Source of the DNA: Mobula hypostoma
Taxonomy: Eukaryota
NCBI RefSeq assembly: GCF_963921235.1
Contig: NC_086097.1
Span: 69,566,001-69,630,000, forward strand
Direction of reading: 5' to 3'
DNA: 64,000 bases
In this document: positions 24,585-37,760 of the stretch, in pieces
Numbering within the stretch: position 1 is the stretch's first letter
Layout of the letters: the number at the start of each line of letters is the position of its first letter
The notes under the pieces: generated by a model
The model's database searches: none
What the model was told of the DNA's origin: nothing
What the model saw: only the letters and a program-made list of their open reading frames with translations
Made by a program: the position numbers and the translations under genes

Positions 24585-24700
24585 TAGTACCCCTTATCTG
24601 AAATGATTGGGGCAGGACGTGTTTCGGATTTTGGATTTTTTTGGATTTTGGGATATATAATGCAATAGCTTGGGATCACCATCATATCTGACTCTGAATT
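24585..24700. mobile_element. Tigger4/MER46-like MITE terminus
   Basis: GTACCCCTTATCTGAAATGATTGGGGCAGGACGTGTTTCGGATTTTGGATTTTTTTGGATTTTGG closely resembles the MER46/Tigger4 end. The partner terminus was not found. Confidence 0.65.
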
Positions 24701-26239
24701 TATGTGCTACGAGTAAGCAGTCTTGTTTGTTACACGTGTACTTAACAGCAAAAAATATAAATGGCACAAGGCTCTCGTACATGCTCACCAAGCTCTGTGC
24801 ATACATGACAGTCAAGACACGTGCATCGAGATGTGCAGTCTATATACACAGTGACTGATGCACGATGCGCTGAGAAAAGTCAAGGCTTGGAGACATACAG
24901 GTCGAGACAGATCCACCGTACATGTACGCATACATGCATGATGTACTGCATGCATGTCATGACATACATGCATGTGCGTGTATATATACCACTTGTCTCA
25001 TTCATGGCTCTTAGGTTAACTGTTGACAAGCATGACACAGACTTTAAGGATTATCGTAGCTCTGCAAAGCTTCATTCTCCACTGCCACTCAACCCCATAG
25101 TCTCTATGGCATAGCGGGAGGCAGATAGTGTTCTGAGGTCATCTCCTTGCCTCTATGTGCTGAGAATGTGACTGAGAATTGGGCAAGAGTGTGATCTGCC
25201 AAAGCGCGAAAAGTCACAACCAAGTTGCAAATGAACCTTACCATCTGTTCCAATTGCAAATTTATGCCTTGGGAATTTTGTCTTTAGGGTGGATAGATGT
25301 CGCTGGTCAGGCTGTTTAATTGCCATATCTGTGAATGATTGTTCCTATCCATTGAGGAATTGCATGCAAGATGCTAACTGTCGGTAGCAGGTTCTATAGG
25401 AGATGGATTAACACATTTAGTTTGTGCATCCTCCCTGCCATTTATCCAAGGAAGAACCATTTTGCAGGTGTATTTCAAAGAGGGGTGATTAACTTGTTCT
25501 GGGTGTCTTTGGTACAGTGTGGGGAGAATTTATTCTGCATCTAACCAGTGTTCTCTGTTCCACAAGAATGATGAAACAGTGTAGAGGGAGCTTAACTCTG
25601 TTTCTCACCCCGGGATTTACAGAAGGAGGAGGGAGGGATCAGAGGTGAGTCTGTGGTCAGGAAGAGTTCTCTGCCACCACTACCATGACCCAGTTACAAG
25701 GATGAAAGTAAAGAGGCAGCCATTAAAGATTGGCTCATGGAACTGCCAGTTTATTTAGGTGATGGAGACACAAAAGGGAGCGTTGTACATATTATGAAAC
25801 TGTATTTAAATTGCTCATAATAAGCAATGCACGATTTGAAACTTCATTTTCTGTTGTAAATCTGATAAATTTTCCCAAGACAAGCAGACAATGAGAAGAT
25901 GGGATGTAAAGCAGCACTTTTGCTGTGTCCTGTGCTCCTCCTCCACGGCTGCATAGATTGCTGTACAGGTTTTGCCTCTAGTAATACCAGTTTTCTGTGT
26001 CTGTTTTTTTTTGTTTACCCATCCCACACAAACCATCTCTCCAACACTTTTTTTGGTCCCTCATGTTTTGTATATGTTGTCTTGTGATTCATTAAAATAC
26101 CGCCAATGAAATTGAATCAAGTGGGACTTTTAATTCCGTATCCCAGAAGCAGATGTGAGTCTTGACGAAGAGTCTTGGGCCAAAATTAGGGGAGAAGGGA
26201 GGTGCTTGAAAAGTTCCTCTGTTAAGTATGATTATAGAG

Positions 26240-28940
26240 AATTCCTAGGTATTTTACAAGTACATCAAGAGCAAGAGGACAACAAGTGAGTGAGTAGTAC
26301 AACTCAAGAATAAAGGAGGGAACATGCGCTTGGAGACAAAGGAGGTGTGTGTCATCTTAAATGAGTATTTTGTGTCAGTATTTAAGAAAAAGAAGGAAGT
26401 GGAGGAAGGCGAGATCAATGTAGATTAGTATCAGTGATCAAACAGTGCTAATATAATATGGCATTTTGAGATAAAGAAGATATAGTGTTAGGTTTATGAA
26501 AGAACATTAAGATGCAGAAGTCTCCAGGGCCTGACAGGATATACCCAGGTTATTGAGGAACAAGCAATGAGTTTTCTGGAGCCTTAACCAATATTTTTGT
26601 GTATATCTCTCTCTATCAATGGAGGAGGTCCTGAAGGACTGATGAGTAGCTCATATTTTTCTTATTGAAGAAGGAAAATGGGGATGATCCTTGTGAGTCT
26701 CATGTCAGTGGTAGGGAAGTTACTGGAGAGGATTCTTGGGGATAGGATATGTGAGTCGTTTGAAGATACAAACAGCATGGCTTTTTGTGGGTCAGGTTGT
26801 GCATTATGAATTTAATTTAGTTTTTTGACCAGGTGACAAACATGAGTGATGCAGATCAAGCTGTGGATGTTGTTTCCATGGATCTTACTCCAGTGTTTAA
26901 CAAGGTCCTTCATTGGATGCTCATGCAAAGATTAAGATGCATGGGCTCTACAGTGAATTGCGGTTTGTATTCAGAATTGGCTTACTCATAAGATAGTGTT
27001 ATGGTCAGTGAGACTTATTCTGGCTGGAGGTCTGAGGCTAATGGTGTTCCACAAAGATCCATACTGGGACAATTGCACTTTGTGATTATATATAAATAAC
27101 CTGGATGAGAATGTAGATGGCTGAGTTGGTAAGTTTTCAGGTGATACAAAGATTGGTGGTGTTGATGGTGCAGAAGAGTGACAAAGGATACAGCAGTATA
27201 TAGCTCATTTATAAATATGAGGGGAGAAATGACAAATGGAGTTTAATCCAGCCATTGTGAGGTGTTGCATTTAGGGAGATTGAACATAAAGGGATGGTAC
27301 ACTGTTCATAGCAAGACTCTTAACATTGCTGATGTGCAGTGAGATATTGGAGTTCCAGTCCACAGCTCCCTGAAAGTGGTAAAGAAGGAATAAGGCATGT
27401 TTGTCTTTATTTGTTGAGGAATTGAGTTCAAGAATTGGGAAGTTATGTTGCAACTTTATAAAACTCTATTCAGGCTGCGTCTGGAGTATTGCATTCAGTT
27501 CTGGTTGCTGTATTTATCAAAAGGATGTTGGGGTTTTGGAGAGGTTGCCAAAGATGTTTGCCAGAAAACTGCCTGCATTAGGGGGCAAGTGCTATAAGGA
27601 GAGGTGGGGTTATTTTCTCTGTAGTGGCAGATGTTGAAATGAGATCTGTTAGAGCTTTATGAGATGAATAGATAAACAACTGTATCTTTTTCCCAGAGAT
27701 GGAATGTCCTGTACCAGAGGGCACACTTTTAAGGTGAGGTGATATGTAGAGTAATTTTTTTTTGTTACGCAGAGTGGTGGGATGGTGGTGGAGGCAGATA
27801 TAATAAGACCATAAGACATGGGAGCAGAATTAGGCCATTCAGCCCATTGAGTCCTCTCCTCCATTCCATCATGGCTGATTCTGGATCCCACTCAACCCCC
27901 TACATCTGCTGTTTCGCCATATCCTTTAATGTCCTGACCAATAAGGAAACTATCAACTTCCTCCTTAATTATACCAACAGACATGGCTTCCACTGAAGTC
28001 TCTTCCACAGATTCACTACTCTCTGGCTAAAAAGAAATTTCTCCTTACCTCTGTTCTCAAAGGTCACCCCTCCATTTTGAGGCAGTGCCCTGTAGTTCTG
28101 GATACCCCCACCATAGGAAACATCCTCTCTACATTCACGCTATCTAGTCCTTACAACATTTGGTAGGTTTCAATGAGATTCCCCCCCCCCCCCCCGCATT
28201 CTTCTAAATTCCAGTGAGTACAGCCCAAAAATGGCAAATACTCCTCATATGTTAATCTCTTATTCCCGGAATCATCCTTGTGAACCTCCTGTGGATTCTT
28301 TCCAATGACAAGACATCCTTTCTGAGATATGGGGCCCAAAACTGTTGACAATACTCCAGGTGCAGCCTGACTAATCTTAAAGGCTCAGCATTATCTCTTT
28401 GCTTTCATATTCTATTTCCCTTGAAATAAATACTAACATTGCATTTGCCTTTTTTACCACAGACTCAACCTGTAAATTAATCTTCTGGACGTCTTGCACG
28501 AGGACTCCTAAATCTCTCTGCACCTCTGATGCATGAACCTTCTCCCATTTAGATAATAGTCTGCGCTATTGTTCCTTTTACCAAAATGTATTATCGTATA
28601 TTTCCCTACACTATATTCCACCTGCCACTTTTTTGCCCGTTCTTCCAATTTGTCTAAGTTCTGCTGCAATTGCATAGCTTCCTCAGCACTACCTACCCCT
28701 CCACCTATCTTCATATCACCCATAAACTTTGCTACAAAGCCATCGATTCCATTATCCAATAATGGAATTGATAATAAGCATTCAAGATGCTCTTAGGCAC
28801 ATGAACGTGCAGGAAGTGGTGGAAGGATATGGATATTTTGCAGGCAGAAGGGATTAGTTTATTTGGGCAGTTGGTTACTGATTAGTTCAGCTCAAGTTTG
28901 TGAATCAAGGGTTGGTTCCTGTGATGTTGCATGTTCTACG
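26240..28940 (+). mobile_element. Old CR1 LINE ORF2 fragment, interrupted by an inverted younger CR1
   Basis: Decayed KSPGPD.IYPR.L..., SLMSVVGKLLERIL.D, QHGF, VD..MD, GVPQ.S.LG motifs from 26240 to 27800. The 3' UTR resumes at ~28770-28940. Confidence 0.85.
27803..28757 (-). mobile_element. CR1 LINE, 5'-truncated, inserted antisense into an older CR1
   Basis: (ATAAGACC)n tail at 27803. ORF 28508-28759(-) DNGIDGFVAKF.GDMKIGG...LQQNLDKL...AKKWQ.EY.VGK. Confidence 0.9.
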
Positions 28941-31762
28941 TTCTCTGATGTTACTATTCTTTCCTAAGTTCACATGCCTGCGCACACAAGTGTGCATAAC
29001 TTGCGTAAATCTGAGGTCCTCAGATGCTCAAGTGAGAAGTAAAATTGCATGAAGATATTGATACTGGGTTGTGTGGCTGCCTAGTTGTTTTAACAGAGAT
29101 TAATTCTATGAATTGAGTACAGATGGATATGTAATTTATTTATGGAGTTGGCAATCATTTTTTTCTGTATTGGAATCTCGCCTTGGATGCAAAACTACTT
29201 GCTAATTTGTAGTGTGGAACATAATGGGGAACAATTATTTTCTCCTTAATTGCTTAGATGTGTAGTATGTATCATGGATAGTTAGTGTTGGTTTGGCATT
29301 TGTTGTGCTTAAGTCTATTTCATGCTTTTTGGTAATCAGCGTCTCCTGTAGTTTTTTCTGTTTGTTCATTTTGGAGTAGGAAGTCTGTCTTTGTGTGGAT
29401 CTCTTTCACTGAAGACCTTGGGTACAGCTTCTAAGAGTTAGTATTTTGGAAGTAAGAAAACTACTGCAATTTTACAAGCTGCAGTAGTGTTGTATTCATC
29501 TGTCTATTGCCTTGAGTCTTGACGGTTTGTCTTTCTTCGGTTCTAACATGAACCTGGTTGGCAGGCTATTAAGAATTTTGGATTATCACGAACCTAAGCC
29601 TAAACAGGTTTAGTTATTTGCATACCTGTCTATTACAATGGGTTGATGTGGTTCCAGGTTTGTGTTTACCTTTTATTTTGCCCCATGCATTAGCACAACC
29701 ACCTAGACCAGGGGTCGGCAACCTTTTTGCCTCTGTGGGCCGGATCGCGTATAAATGAGCAGACGGTGGGCCAGATAAATGCCACAAAAAACATGCAATA
29801 TGGGAATTATCCATTTAAATACATCTGGTTATGTTTTGCCTCAAATTAATGAGTAACGCAAGCTAGAAAATCATTTGTGCTGAACCAAGGATGCCAATTA
29901 GTAATCAAAGATCTCAGTTTAGTTGCAATTTATTTCAATCAAGGCATCTTTTGAATCTATTAAATGGACACAAAGAATTTTTAAACATAAAACGTATGAA
30001 CATGATGCATTGAATGTTGGTAAATTAAGTATAATAAAAAAGAAAATTTTAATGCAAACAATGGATAAATCAATGTGAAACTTGATGCTGTTTGTTGCTT
30101 GAAAGCTTCTCAATATTGGGTGTCAGACTTGTTGATGCCAAGAGCAAGACGTTATCCAGATGGGCATCAGTCAATCTTGTTCTCAAATGGTTCTTGGTGT
30201 GCTTCATTTTTGAAAATAATTGCTCACAGAGGTAAGTGTTGCCAAAGAATGATGCCATTGTTTTTGCCTGGTCCACTAAGTTAGGGTACTTCCCACTTGG
30301 ATGAATATATTTTCTATAGAAGTCAAGCACTGACATATCTTCAGAATGAAATTTCGATCTCAATATGTCGTCACACTGCACCTCAATTAATTCCATTTGA
30401 AAAATTTCTGATGCAGTGTCCACTTCCACATCAAATGGAGTAGCAAACAGTTTGAACTCATTTGCATGCAAGCGAAATTCAGCAAAACGAGATGAAAACT
30501 CTTTTTTCAATTCTTGCACCATATTCACAAAAATTCTTGGATCTTGTGCTTTATGTTTTTGAAAAGTGGGAAAATGTGCACAATTTCCTTTTTGAAGCTG
30601 GTACTCCCACAATTGCAGTTTTCTTTCAAAGGCCACAATATGACCATACATCTCATGTATCAGCTGATTTTTTTTTCCCTTGAAGTTGTAAATCCAAGTT
30701 ATTTAAATGAGATGTAATGTCCACAAGAAATGCCAAGGTTGCAAGCCAATCAGGATCACGAAAATGTGAAGCATCCTGATTTTTGCTTTCAAGGAGTATT
30801 GCCACCTCTTCATGCAATGCAAGTACTCTTTCCAGCATTGACCCTCGGCTAAACCAGCGTACATTGCAGAAATAAGCCAGGTCCCCATATTCTGCCTCTG
30901 TATCCAACAAAAACTGCTGAAACTGGCGATGATTCAATCCACGAGATAGGATCAGATTCATTGCCCTCACAACAATGTCCATAACATCCTTTAATTTCAA
31001 AGACTTGACTCATAATGCCTCTTGATGGATAATGCAATGAATTTTAACCAGTTTCTGTGCAATTCCAAGGTTTTCCATTTGTCCTTGCAGCAATGCGTTG
31101 ATGCCTTTTTTCTGTCCCACCATTGCTGGTGCCCCATCAGTTGTGATGCCAATTAGGTTCAACACTTTAAGTTTCATTTCTGGCATCATTTTCAACAAAG
31201 CTTCAAAAATATCTGCTCCAGTAACCATTGTCCTTCATAGGAATTAATTGAATAAACTCTTCAAAATTTGAGAAGTTGAGGACACTCGTCGCATAAACAA
31301 TGCAAGTTGAGCAGTGTCTTGCAAGTCTGTGTTGTCATCAAGCGCAACTGAAAAAAATTGCAATTCGTTGCAGGCATCCCTTAAACAACTTCTAACATCT
31401 GCTGACATTTCTTCAACTCGCCTTGTGGTCGTTCTTGCTGACAGGCAAGATGCAAATAAAGATTTCTTTTCAGGACAAACAATATCCACCACCGTCAGTA
31501 AACATTCTTTCACAAACTCTCCATCTGTAAAAGGCTTCATCTTTTCTGCAATACATTTTGAGACTCTGTAGCTGGCATGGGTATTTCCTTCATTTCACTG
31601 CTTTTCTTGGCAAAAAATGACGTTTATTTTCCGAAATTAGCCTTCATTCGCTCAACTTCATCTTTCCTTGCTGCCCAGTAAACGTGTTAACATTTCCACT
31701 ACGGTGGGTCTCGTAATGTTGCCTGATATTTGCCAGCTTCTTCTCAGCAACATTTTCTAGGC

Positions 31763-34342
31763 TAGTGGTCACCAACCTCAGCCTTAGTGAAAGGCAAGAT
31801 CAACCTACAAAATCGTTCAAAGAAAAAACAGCTTAGATTGTACTTCCAACTTGAGGCCTTTTTTTTTGGCCTAATTGTATTTGAAATACATAAAATGCTT
31901 TTGTCAAACTTTCAAATTAATTCAACCAAGAAAACACTGTAACTAGCATATCAAACAGGCCATAGCTGTCTTTCTTTAAGAATATTACAATACTTCATAC
32001 CTTTTGTAGTACCTTCTACTTTGAAAAAGGACCACTCGACAACTTCATGTCCAAAGGAACAACTTTATCTGGGATGGCAAAACCAATGCGGCGGAGGGGT
32101 TTATACACACATGCGCAGAAAAGACTGCAAGTAAAACCCTGCAACCCCAGAAACAACCTCTGTTTACAAACAGCTTTCTGTAGCGGGAGTATTGCTATAT
32201 TACCATTATCCTAATTGGTATTATCTTTATAATGCTCACATTACAACATTTCTCCCCCTTTAAATTCCAACATTCCCCACACGGAGGAGGGAGGAGAAGA
32301 TGGCAGTGTGCGCGGCCATTCCGAATAATATCGTATGTGTAACTAGGGGCCGTGCACAAACCTGGTTTGATGGAGACAGCCGTGAGAAGCACAGAGGAAC
32401 ACCTGGAGAAACTTCGGAAATGCCCGCTTCGCTGCCGCTGCTACTGTGTGATTGAGAATCTCTGGAGGGGAAGGCCCCAAATCCTTGGCTTTGCCTATTG
32501 CCTGTTGCTGGGGCCAGGGTCGAAGCGCTCGGCAGAGATGGTGCTCGGTGTCGAAGAGCTGGTCAGAGGCTCGGAGTTTTCGGACAGACTTGGAGTCGAA
32601 CTGTGGTTGGATGCTTCCAAGATGCTGCATTGGCAAATTTGCGGCACTGGAGGTTCACCGTCTGTGTGAGATGATGGGACTTTCGAAGACTTTGAGACTT
32701 TTTACTGTGCCATGGTCTGTTCTTTATCAAATTACAGTATTGCTTTGCACTGTTGTAACTATATGTTATAATTATGTGGTTTTTGTCAGTTTTTCAGTCG
32801 GTTTGTCATGTGTTTCTGTGATATCGTTCTGGAGGAACATTGTATCATTTCTTAATGCATGCATTACTAAATGACAATAAAAGAGGACTGCGTTTCCTTA
32901 TAATCTAATCTAATCTAATATAAAAGAACTGGGAAACAAAAAACAGTGGTGTCATTAGCTTGCGTACCTCTGAAACTTATACAAGTGTCTCAGTAACAGT
33001 TTACCAATACAAGACACCTGAAATATGTGGCAGATTCAACATTCAGTCTGTCAGGAGGTTTGCGAGGGTTCTGTGCTGCAACGGTTTGTTGACTTGCTGT
33101 CTGAGATAAAGAAACGAGGAGCACGAGGAACTGTCAGATGATGCATGGCTACTGGATTTAGGGTTTCTGACAGACCCAATGGCTAAATTAAATGCACATA
33201 ACAACGAGCTCATGGGAAAAGACCGACACCTGCCCCACCTGATAAGCGCAGTAAATGCGTTTAAGGCCAAGCTTGGTGTTTGGATTTCAAATTTAAAGAA
33301 CGGGAGGCTGACACACTTTCCCAATTTGGAGAAACTGTTATAGGCCATCAAGGAAAAAAATGCTTTTCACCCCGAGCAGTACTGTGCTTACCAAGACAAA
33401 GTGGCAATGGAGTTCGATTGGCGTTTTGAGGAGTTAAACGTCATGAAAGATATTGCTTCATTTATTTCAAACCCATTTCTGCCGATCGATATAGAACAGA
33501 TAGCAGCCAAATTCCAGCAAGTATTTGGTGTGCCAAGTGATATTGAAATGCAAATAGTTGATTTGCAAAATGACATCGAGCTTAAAGCAAGATCAAGGGA
33601 CGGTGACTTTTGTGGGCTTGTCAGCAGGGAGAAGTTTCCTCATCTCACCACAAGTGCACTAAAAGTCAGTGCCTACTTCGGGTCAACTTATCTGTGTGAA
33701 ATTGCATTTTCATAGATGACAATTATTAAATCTAAGTGCAGGAGCTGTCTTACTGACAGACACCTGACAGACTGTCTCAGGCTGGCTGTCTGTAGTTATG
33801 AGCCAAATTTCAGGGAACTAGCAGAAAGTATTCAGCCCCAGTCATCACACTGAGTGCAACAGTCAATTTTTATTCATTCATTTTTTTTCATGTTGAAGTA
33901 ATATTAGAACTAAATAAACTTAGAATTAAAGGTGTTATAATGTGAGCATTATAAAGATAAGTTAATACTAATTAGGATAATAATAATATAGCAATACTCC
34001 TGCTACAGAAAGCTGTTTGTAAACAGAGGTTATTTCCAGCGTTGCGGGATTTTACTTTCGGTCTTTTCTGCATGTGTGTATAAACCCCTCCGCCGCATTG
34101 GTTTTGCCGTCTCAGATAAAGTTGTTCCTTTGGGCATGAAGTTGTCGAGTGATCCTTTTTCAAAGTAGAAGTTACCACATATGACTCACATATGTGCTCT
34201 AGGGGTAAAATTTGCTTTTCCATCAAAAGGTTTATCAGGAATAATGTATTTGTGTATTTATTTTTCTTTTTTTTTTCTGTATCTACTGGGAAAGTCTCAA
34301 AGATCGACCGGTCGATTGCGATCGATGGCTTGGCGGCCACTA
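31763..34342 (+). mobile_element. Second hAT-Charlie element nested in the first, opposite orientation
   Basis: TIRs TAGTGGTCACCAA and TTGGCGGCCACTA; perfect TSD TTCTAGGC (31755-31762, 34343-34350). Only the C-terminal transposase part remains at ~33040-33853 (W..DLGFLTD...LN..N.ELMGK, FGSTYLCE.AFS.M.IIKSK.RS.LTD.HL). Confidence 0.95.
32283..32919 (+). mobile_element. Non-autonomous retroposon with (TAATC)n tail inside the inner hAT
   Basis: CpG-rich 5' part starting GGAGGAGAAGATGGC, T-rich 3' part, AATAAA at ~32876 and a (TAATC)3 tail at 32901-32919. No TSD seen. Confidence 0.7.
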
Positions 34343-35847
34343 TTCTAGGCAAATGAGACAAACTGGTTTCCCAGCTTGCTCGATGAAGAAGTAATCTAGT
34401 GTTAAAGTGACTTGGAAATTTGGCACTCAGTGTCTGCCTTCCTGCATTTTGCATTCATTGCCATTGGAAATTTTTCTTTGATTTTATTTCAAAAAGCGAG
34501 TTATTCAACAAGTATCGTAGCACATGTAAATATCTGGATATTTAGCGTGGATTTCTTGTTAAAACACAGTAACGCTGTTTCTGTTTACAAATTTGAAGAA
34601 TCCCATCTGAAAACCTGCGCATGCACGGAGAGTATCTAATACATATTAATAAGGTAGTCTGCCTTCCCGTCATTTGTATATACCAGTGTTTGGTTTGGAA
34701 AAAAATGGAACGTGGGGCCAGTGTAACAAGAGGCCATGCATGTCCATCAGTGTGGTCGTGTGAAACACTCAGAATAAGGAAAATTCGCTCATGGGCCGGA
34801 TAAGCATAGTATCCCAATATACCTTTGCGGGCCATATCTGGCCCGCGGGCCATAGGTTGCCTACCCCTGACCTAGACCATAAAATGAAGCCTGATCATTG
34901 TAATTAAGATCTTCAAAGATTATACCTCAATGGCTTCAAATGAAGGAAAAACTGTAATTCATGGGCTTTTCTCCCCATCACTGAGGTCATCCATTGACCT
35001 GAGAGGGAAAAATACTTTTTTTTTTAATAATTCGAAACTGCACATAGGAACATGAATGGAAAGACTACTTACAAATTTGTGGACTAGCATAATGAAACAA
35101 CTTTGAGTGCTCTGGTTCATAATGGACAAATGTCAAGTGTTGTAAATATATTGGAAATATTATTACAGAAATCTGGAAAGAAAAATGATCTTTATTGAGG
35201 TTTTTCACTCATGTTTCTATCTTTAAAATTCGTTTTCAATTTTTTTTGAACCAATACCATTACATTTTTCATTGTGGTTAGATACATTCTAATCAAAGTA
35301 GGGTAGTTGTGATATATTTCTTTAACAGGGATTATGTTTTAAAATCCTCTAAATAGAAGACCATTACAGTTCAGTAATGCAGTATTCCACACATTGTTAA
35401 AATTGTCAATGTAGCTGTGTTTTTGGATGTTGTTCCCATTAACCTCTGTCACATTATGTTTTCTTTGGGCAGCCTTCTGATTTTTTTTTAATAGCTTGTT
35501 TCTGAATCTAACAAGGTTAACGTGTGGAGATGAAGGTTTGATGGTTGAATTGAAATTTTCCTTTTTACCTTTATACTTGTGCAATCGATGAAGTGGGCAG
35601 TTTTAGATATGTTGATCATTTAAAAAGATGCTTCATGAAGTCTTGCCTTGTATAGTATGAGTGCTGTGTACCAGCAGCCTTCTGTTGGCTTTTAAGCTGA
35701 AGTGCTTCCTTAATATAAGAGTAAGGTAATATTTTCCTATTGCCATCTTGAATTTTCCTGTTAATAATACAAAAAATGATTAAGTTTGTGACAGTATTTT
35801 CTAAGATATTAAATCCATTTAATTGTATTTTTGTTTGCTTTTTGTAG

Positions 35848-36082
35848 GTGCCCACCTCGTACTTTTCTACCAGCTCTATGCAAAATTTTTCTGGATGAAA
35901 GTGCTCCTGATAATGTGTTGGAAGTGACAGCCCGTGCCATTACATACTACTTGGATGTGTCTGCTGAGTGCACACGAAGGATTGTTGGAGTGGATGGAGC
36001 AATTAAAGCACTTTGTAATCGTTTGGTTGTAGTTGAGCTCAATAATAGGACTAGTAGAGATCTAGCTGAACAATGTGTAAAG
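35848..36082 (+). CDS. HECTD1: HECTD1 coding exon 2
   Basis: TTTTGTAG|G TGC CCA...; [87 protein letters not shown]; 235 nt. Confidence 0.98.
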
Positions 36083-36269
36083 GTAATAATTGTTTCTTCT
36101 AATTGTTTGACTGTGGCATTATTTATAAGGAACTGCTTTTGAGAAATGATGGGAAATTGCTTTCCATTTCTAAATTCTGGAGTCAGGTGTAATCCCAGTC
36201 TGATCTCCAAACTTCAGAAATACTTCAATGTCAGGAAATTTTAATTGTTAACTTAATCAAGAATTATTT

Positions 36270-36990
36270 AACCTGGTGGAGTGGAACCTGAGGCTTCTAT
36301 ACCTCCAACTTGATGGTAGTAGTGAGAAGCAAACATGGCCAGTATGGTGGAAGTCTTTGATGATGTTGCTTTCTGTAAATATGGGGAGGGCTTTGCCTGT
36401 GATGAACTCGGCTATATCCATCACATTCTGTAGCCTTTTCTAATCTTGGGTGTTTCTATACCAGGCTGTGATGAAACTAGTTAGGATACTCTACACTATT
36501 CATCTCTGGAAGTTTGTCAAAGATTTTGGTGACATGTCAAATCTATACAAACTTCTAAGGAAGTAGAGGTTCTGTCATACCTTCCTTGTGATGGCATTTA
36601 CATGCTGGGCACAGGACAGATCCTTTCATATATTGATGCCAAGGAAGTTAAAGCTACTGATCCTCTGCATCTCCATTCATCTAACAAGGACTGGCTCAGG
36701 GACCTCCAGCTTTCTTCTGTAATTGATAATCAGTTCTTTGGTTTTGAGTGTGAGTTGTTATTGGGCACCACCTAATCAGATTTTCAATCTCCTTCCTATA
36801 TGCTGATTTGTCACCACCTTTGATTTGGCCAACAACAGTAATGTTTCAACAAACTTAAATGCTACATTGTATAGTGTAATAAGTATTAAGTGAGTATGGT
36901 AGGGGGATCTAATGTACATAACTGTGTGGAGTACCTGTGCTGCTGGTGCGTGTGAAGGAGGAGGATGATTTGTGGATAACATCTCATTAG
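36270..36990 (-). mobile_element. Rex1/Babar LINE fragment
   Basis: Reverse complement of the RT C-terminal region seen at 48640-49040 and 51320-51760 (AAACTTCTAAGGAAGTAGAG...CCTTCCTTGTGAT). Confidence 0.7.
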
Positions 36991-37760
36991 AAATCTGATG
37001 ACATGCACATATGGTTTATTAGTTTAAGAAGCAAAGGTTGGTTCAAATAAAAAAAAATCCTGTGGCATTCAAGAATATTGATGTTGACAGTTACGTATGG
37101 TACCTTGATGTGAAGTATAGGTGACTGAATTGTAAACAAAAAGTACTCATTGTTTACATGTGAAATTAAAAAAGTGTGTTAAAGTCTTCCTGTAGTCTTT
37201 CACTAGTGTGGCTTGGTTTCTGAAACAATGGTTTGCACTTTTAGATGTTGATTGAAAATCGGTGCTGCATCATTCTGACATCTTTGATATAACATTAATT
37301 CTAACTTTTACAGTTTTCTTAGTTGAGTTCCAAAATAGTTCTTTTTATCAAAAACGAGAAAAGAGCATCAATCAGCACCAGGGTGGTACACCTCCTTTCA
37401 CTCAGATCACGGCAATCTATCTAAATAAGCTTTATATCCTGTGCTCTACGTTTTGTGTTATATTTCTTTTGGCGACAAACTACAGACAAGCATCGCATTG
37501 TTGGGAGTGGTTACATTCCTAGAAACCCAGTCATTATTACAGTTTTCCAGACACAAAGCTGCATCATCTGTACATGTATCAAAAAATGCAAGTTGGAAAA
37601 AAAAGTCTTCATGTTTTTAACATAGGATCGAATTTTTATTCTGTATCCCAGATATTTTTAGTAGTGATTTGTGAATTCCCTTGGGTCAGATTTCCAATAA
37701 CTGAATTGCCATAACTTGGGTTTCATTTTTAGTTATATTATCTCTGTTAGGAGTTACTTG

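Larger units (their letters stand above)
29709..34869 (-). mobile_element. hAT-Charlie (SPIN/GTF2IRD2-like) DNA transposon, outer element of a nest
   Basis: TIRs CAGGGGTCGGCAACC and GGTTGCCTACCCCTG; perfect 8-bp TSD ACCTAGAC (29701-29708, 34870-34877). Frameshifted transposase from ATG 34464 to stop 30070 (FSVALDD.TD..DTAQL, ITTDGAPAM.G, HCIIHQEAL, VRW.SRG, FG.TYLCEQLFSKM). Confidence 0.97.

Noticed and set aside
25500..25620. TCTGCATCTAACC...CAGTGTAGAGGGAGCTTAACTCTGTTTCTCACCC as a snoRNA or other ncRNA
   Set aside because: It looks like one or two decayed units of a common elasmobranch tandem repeat. No convincing C/D or H/ACA structure.
30070..31540. GTF2IRD2/EPM2AIP1/ZBED-like domesticated host gene
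   Set aside because: The ORF is fragmented by frameshifts and a nested insertion and is bounded by TIRs and a TSD: a dead transposon.
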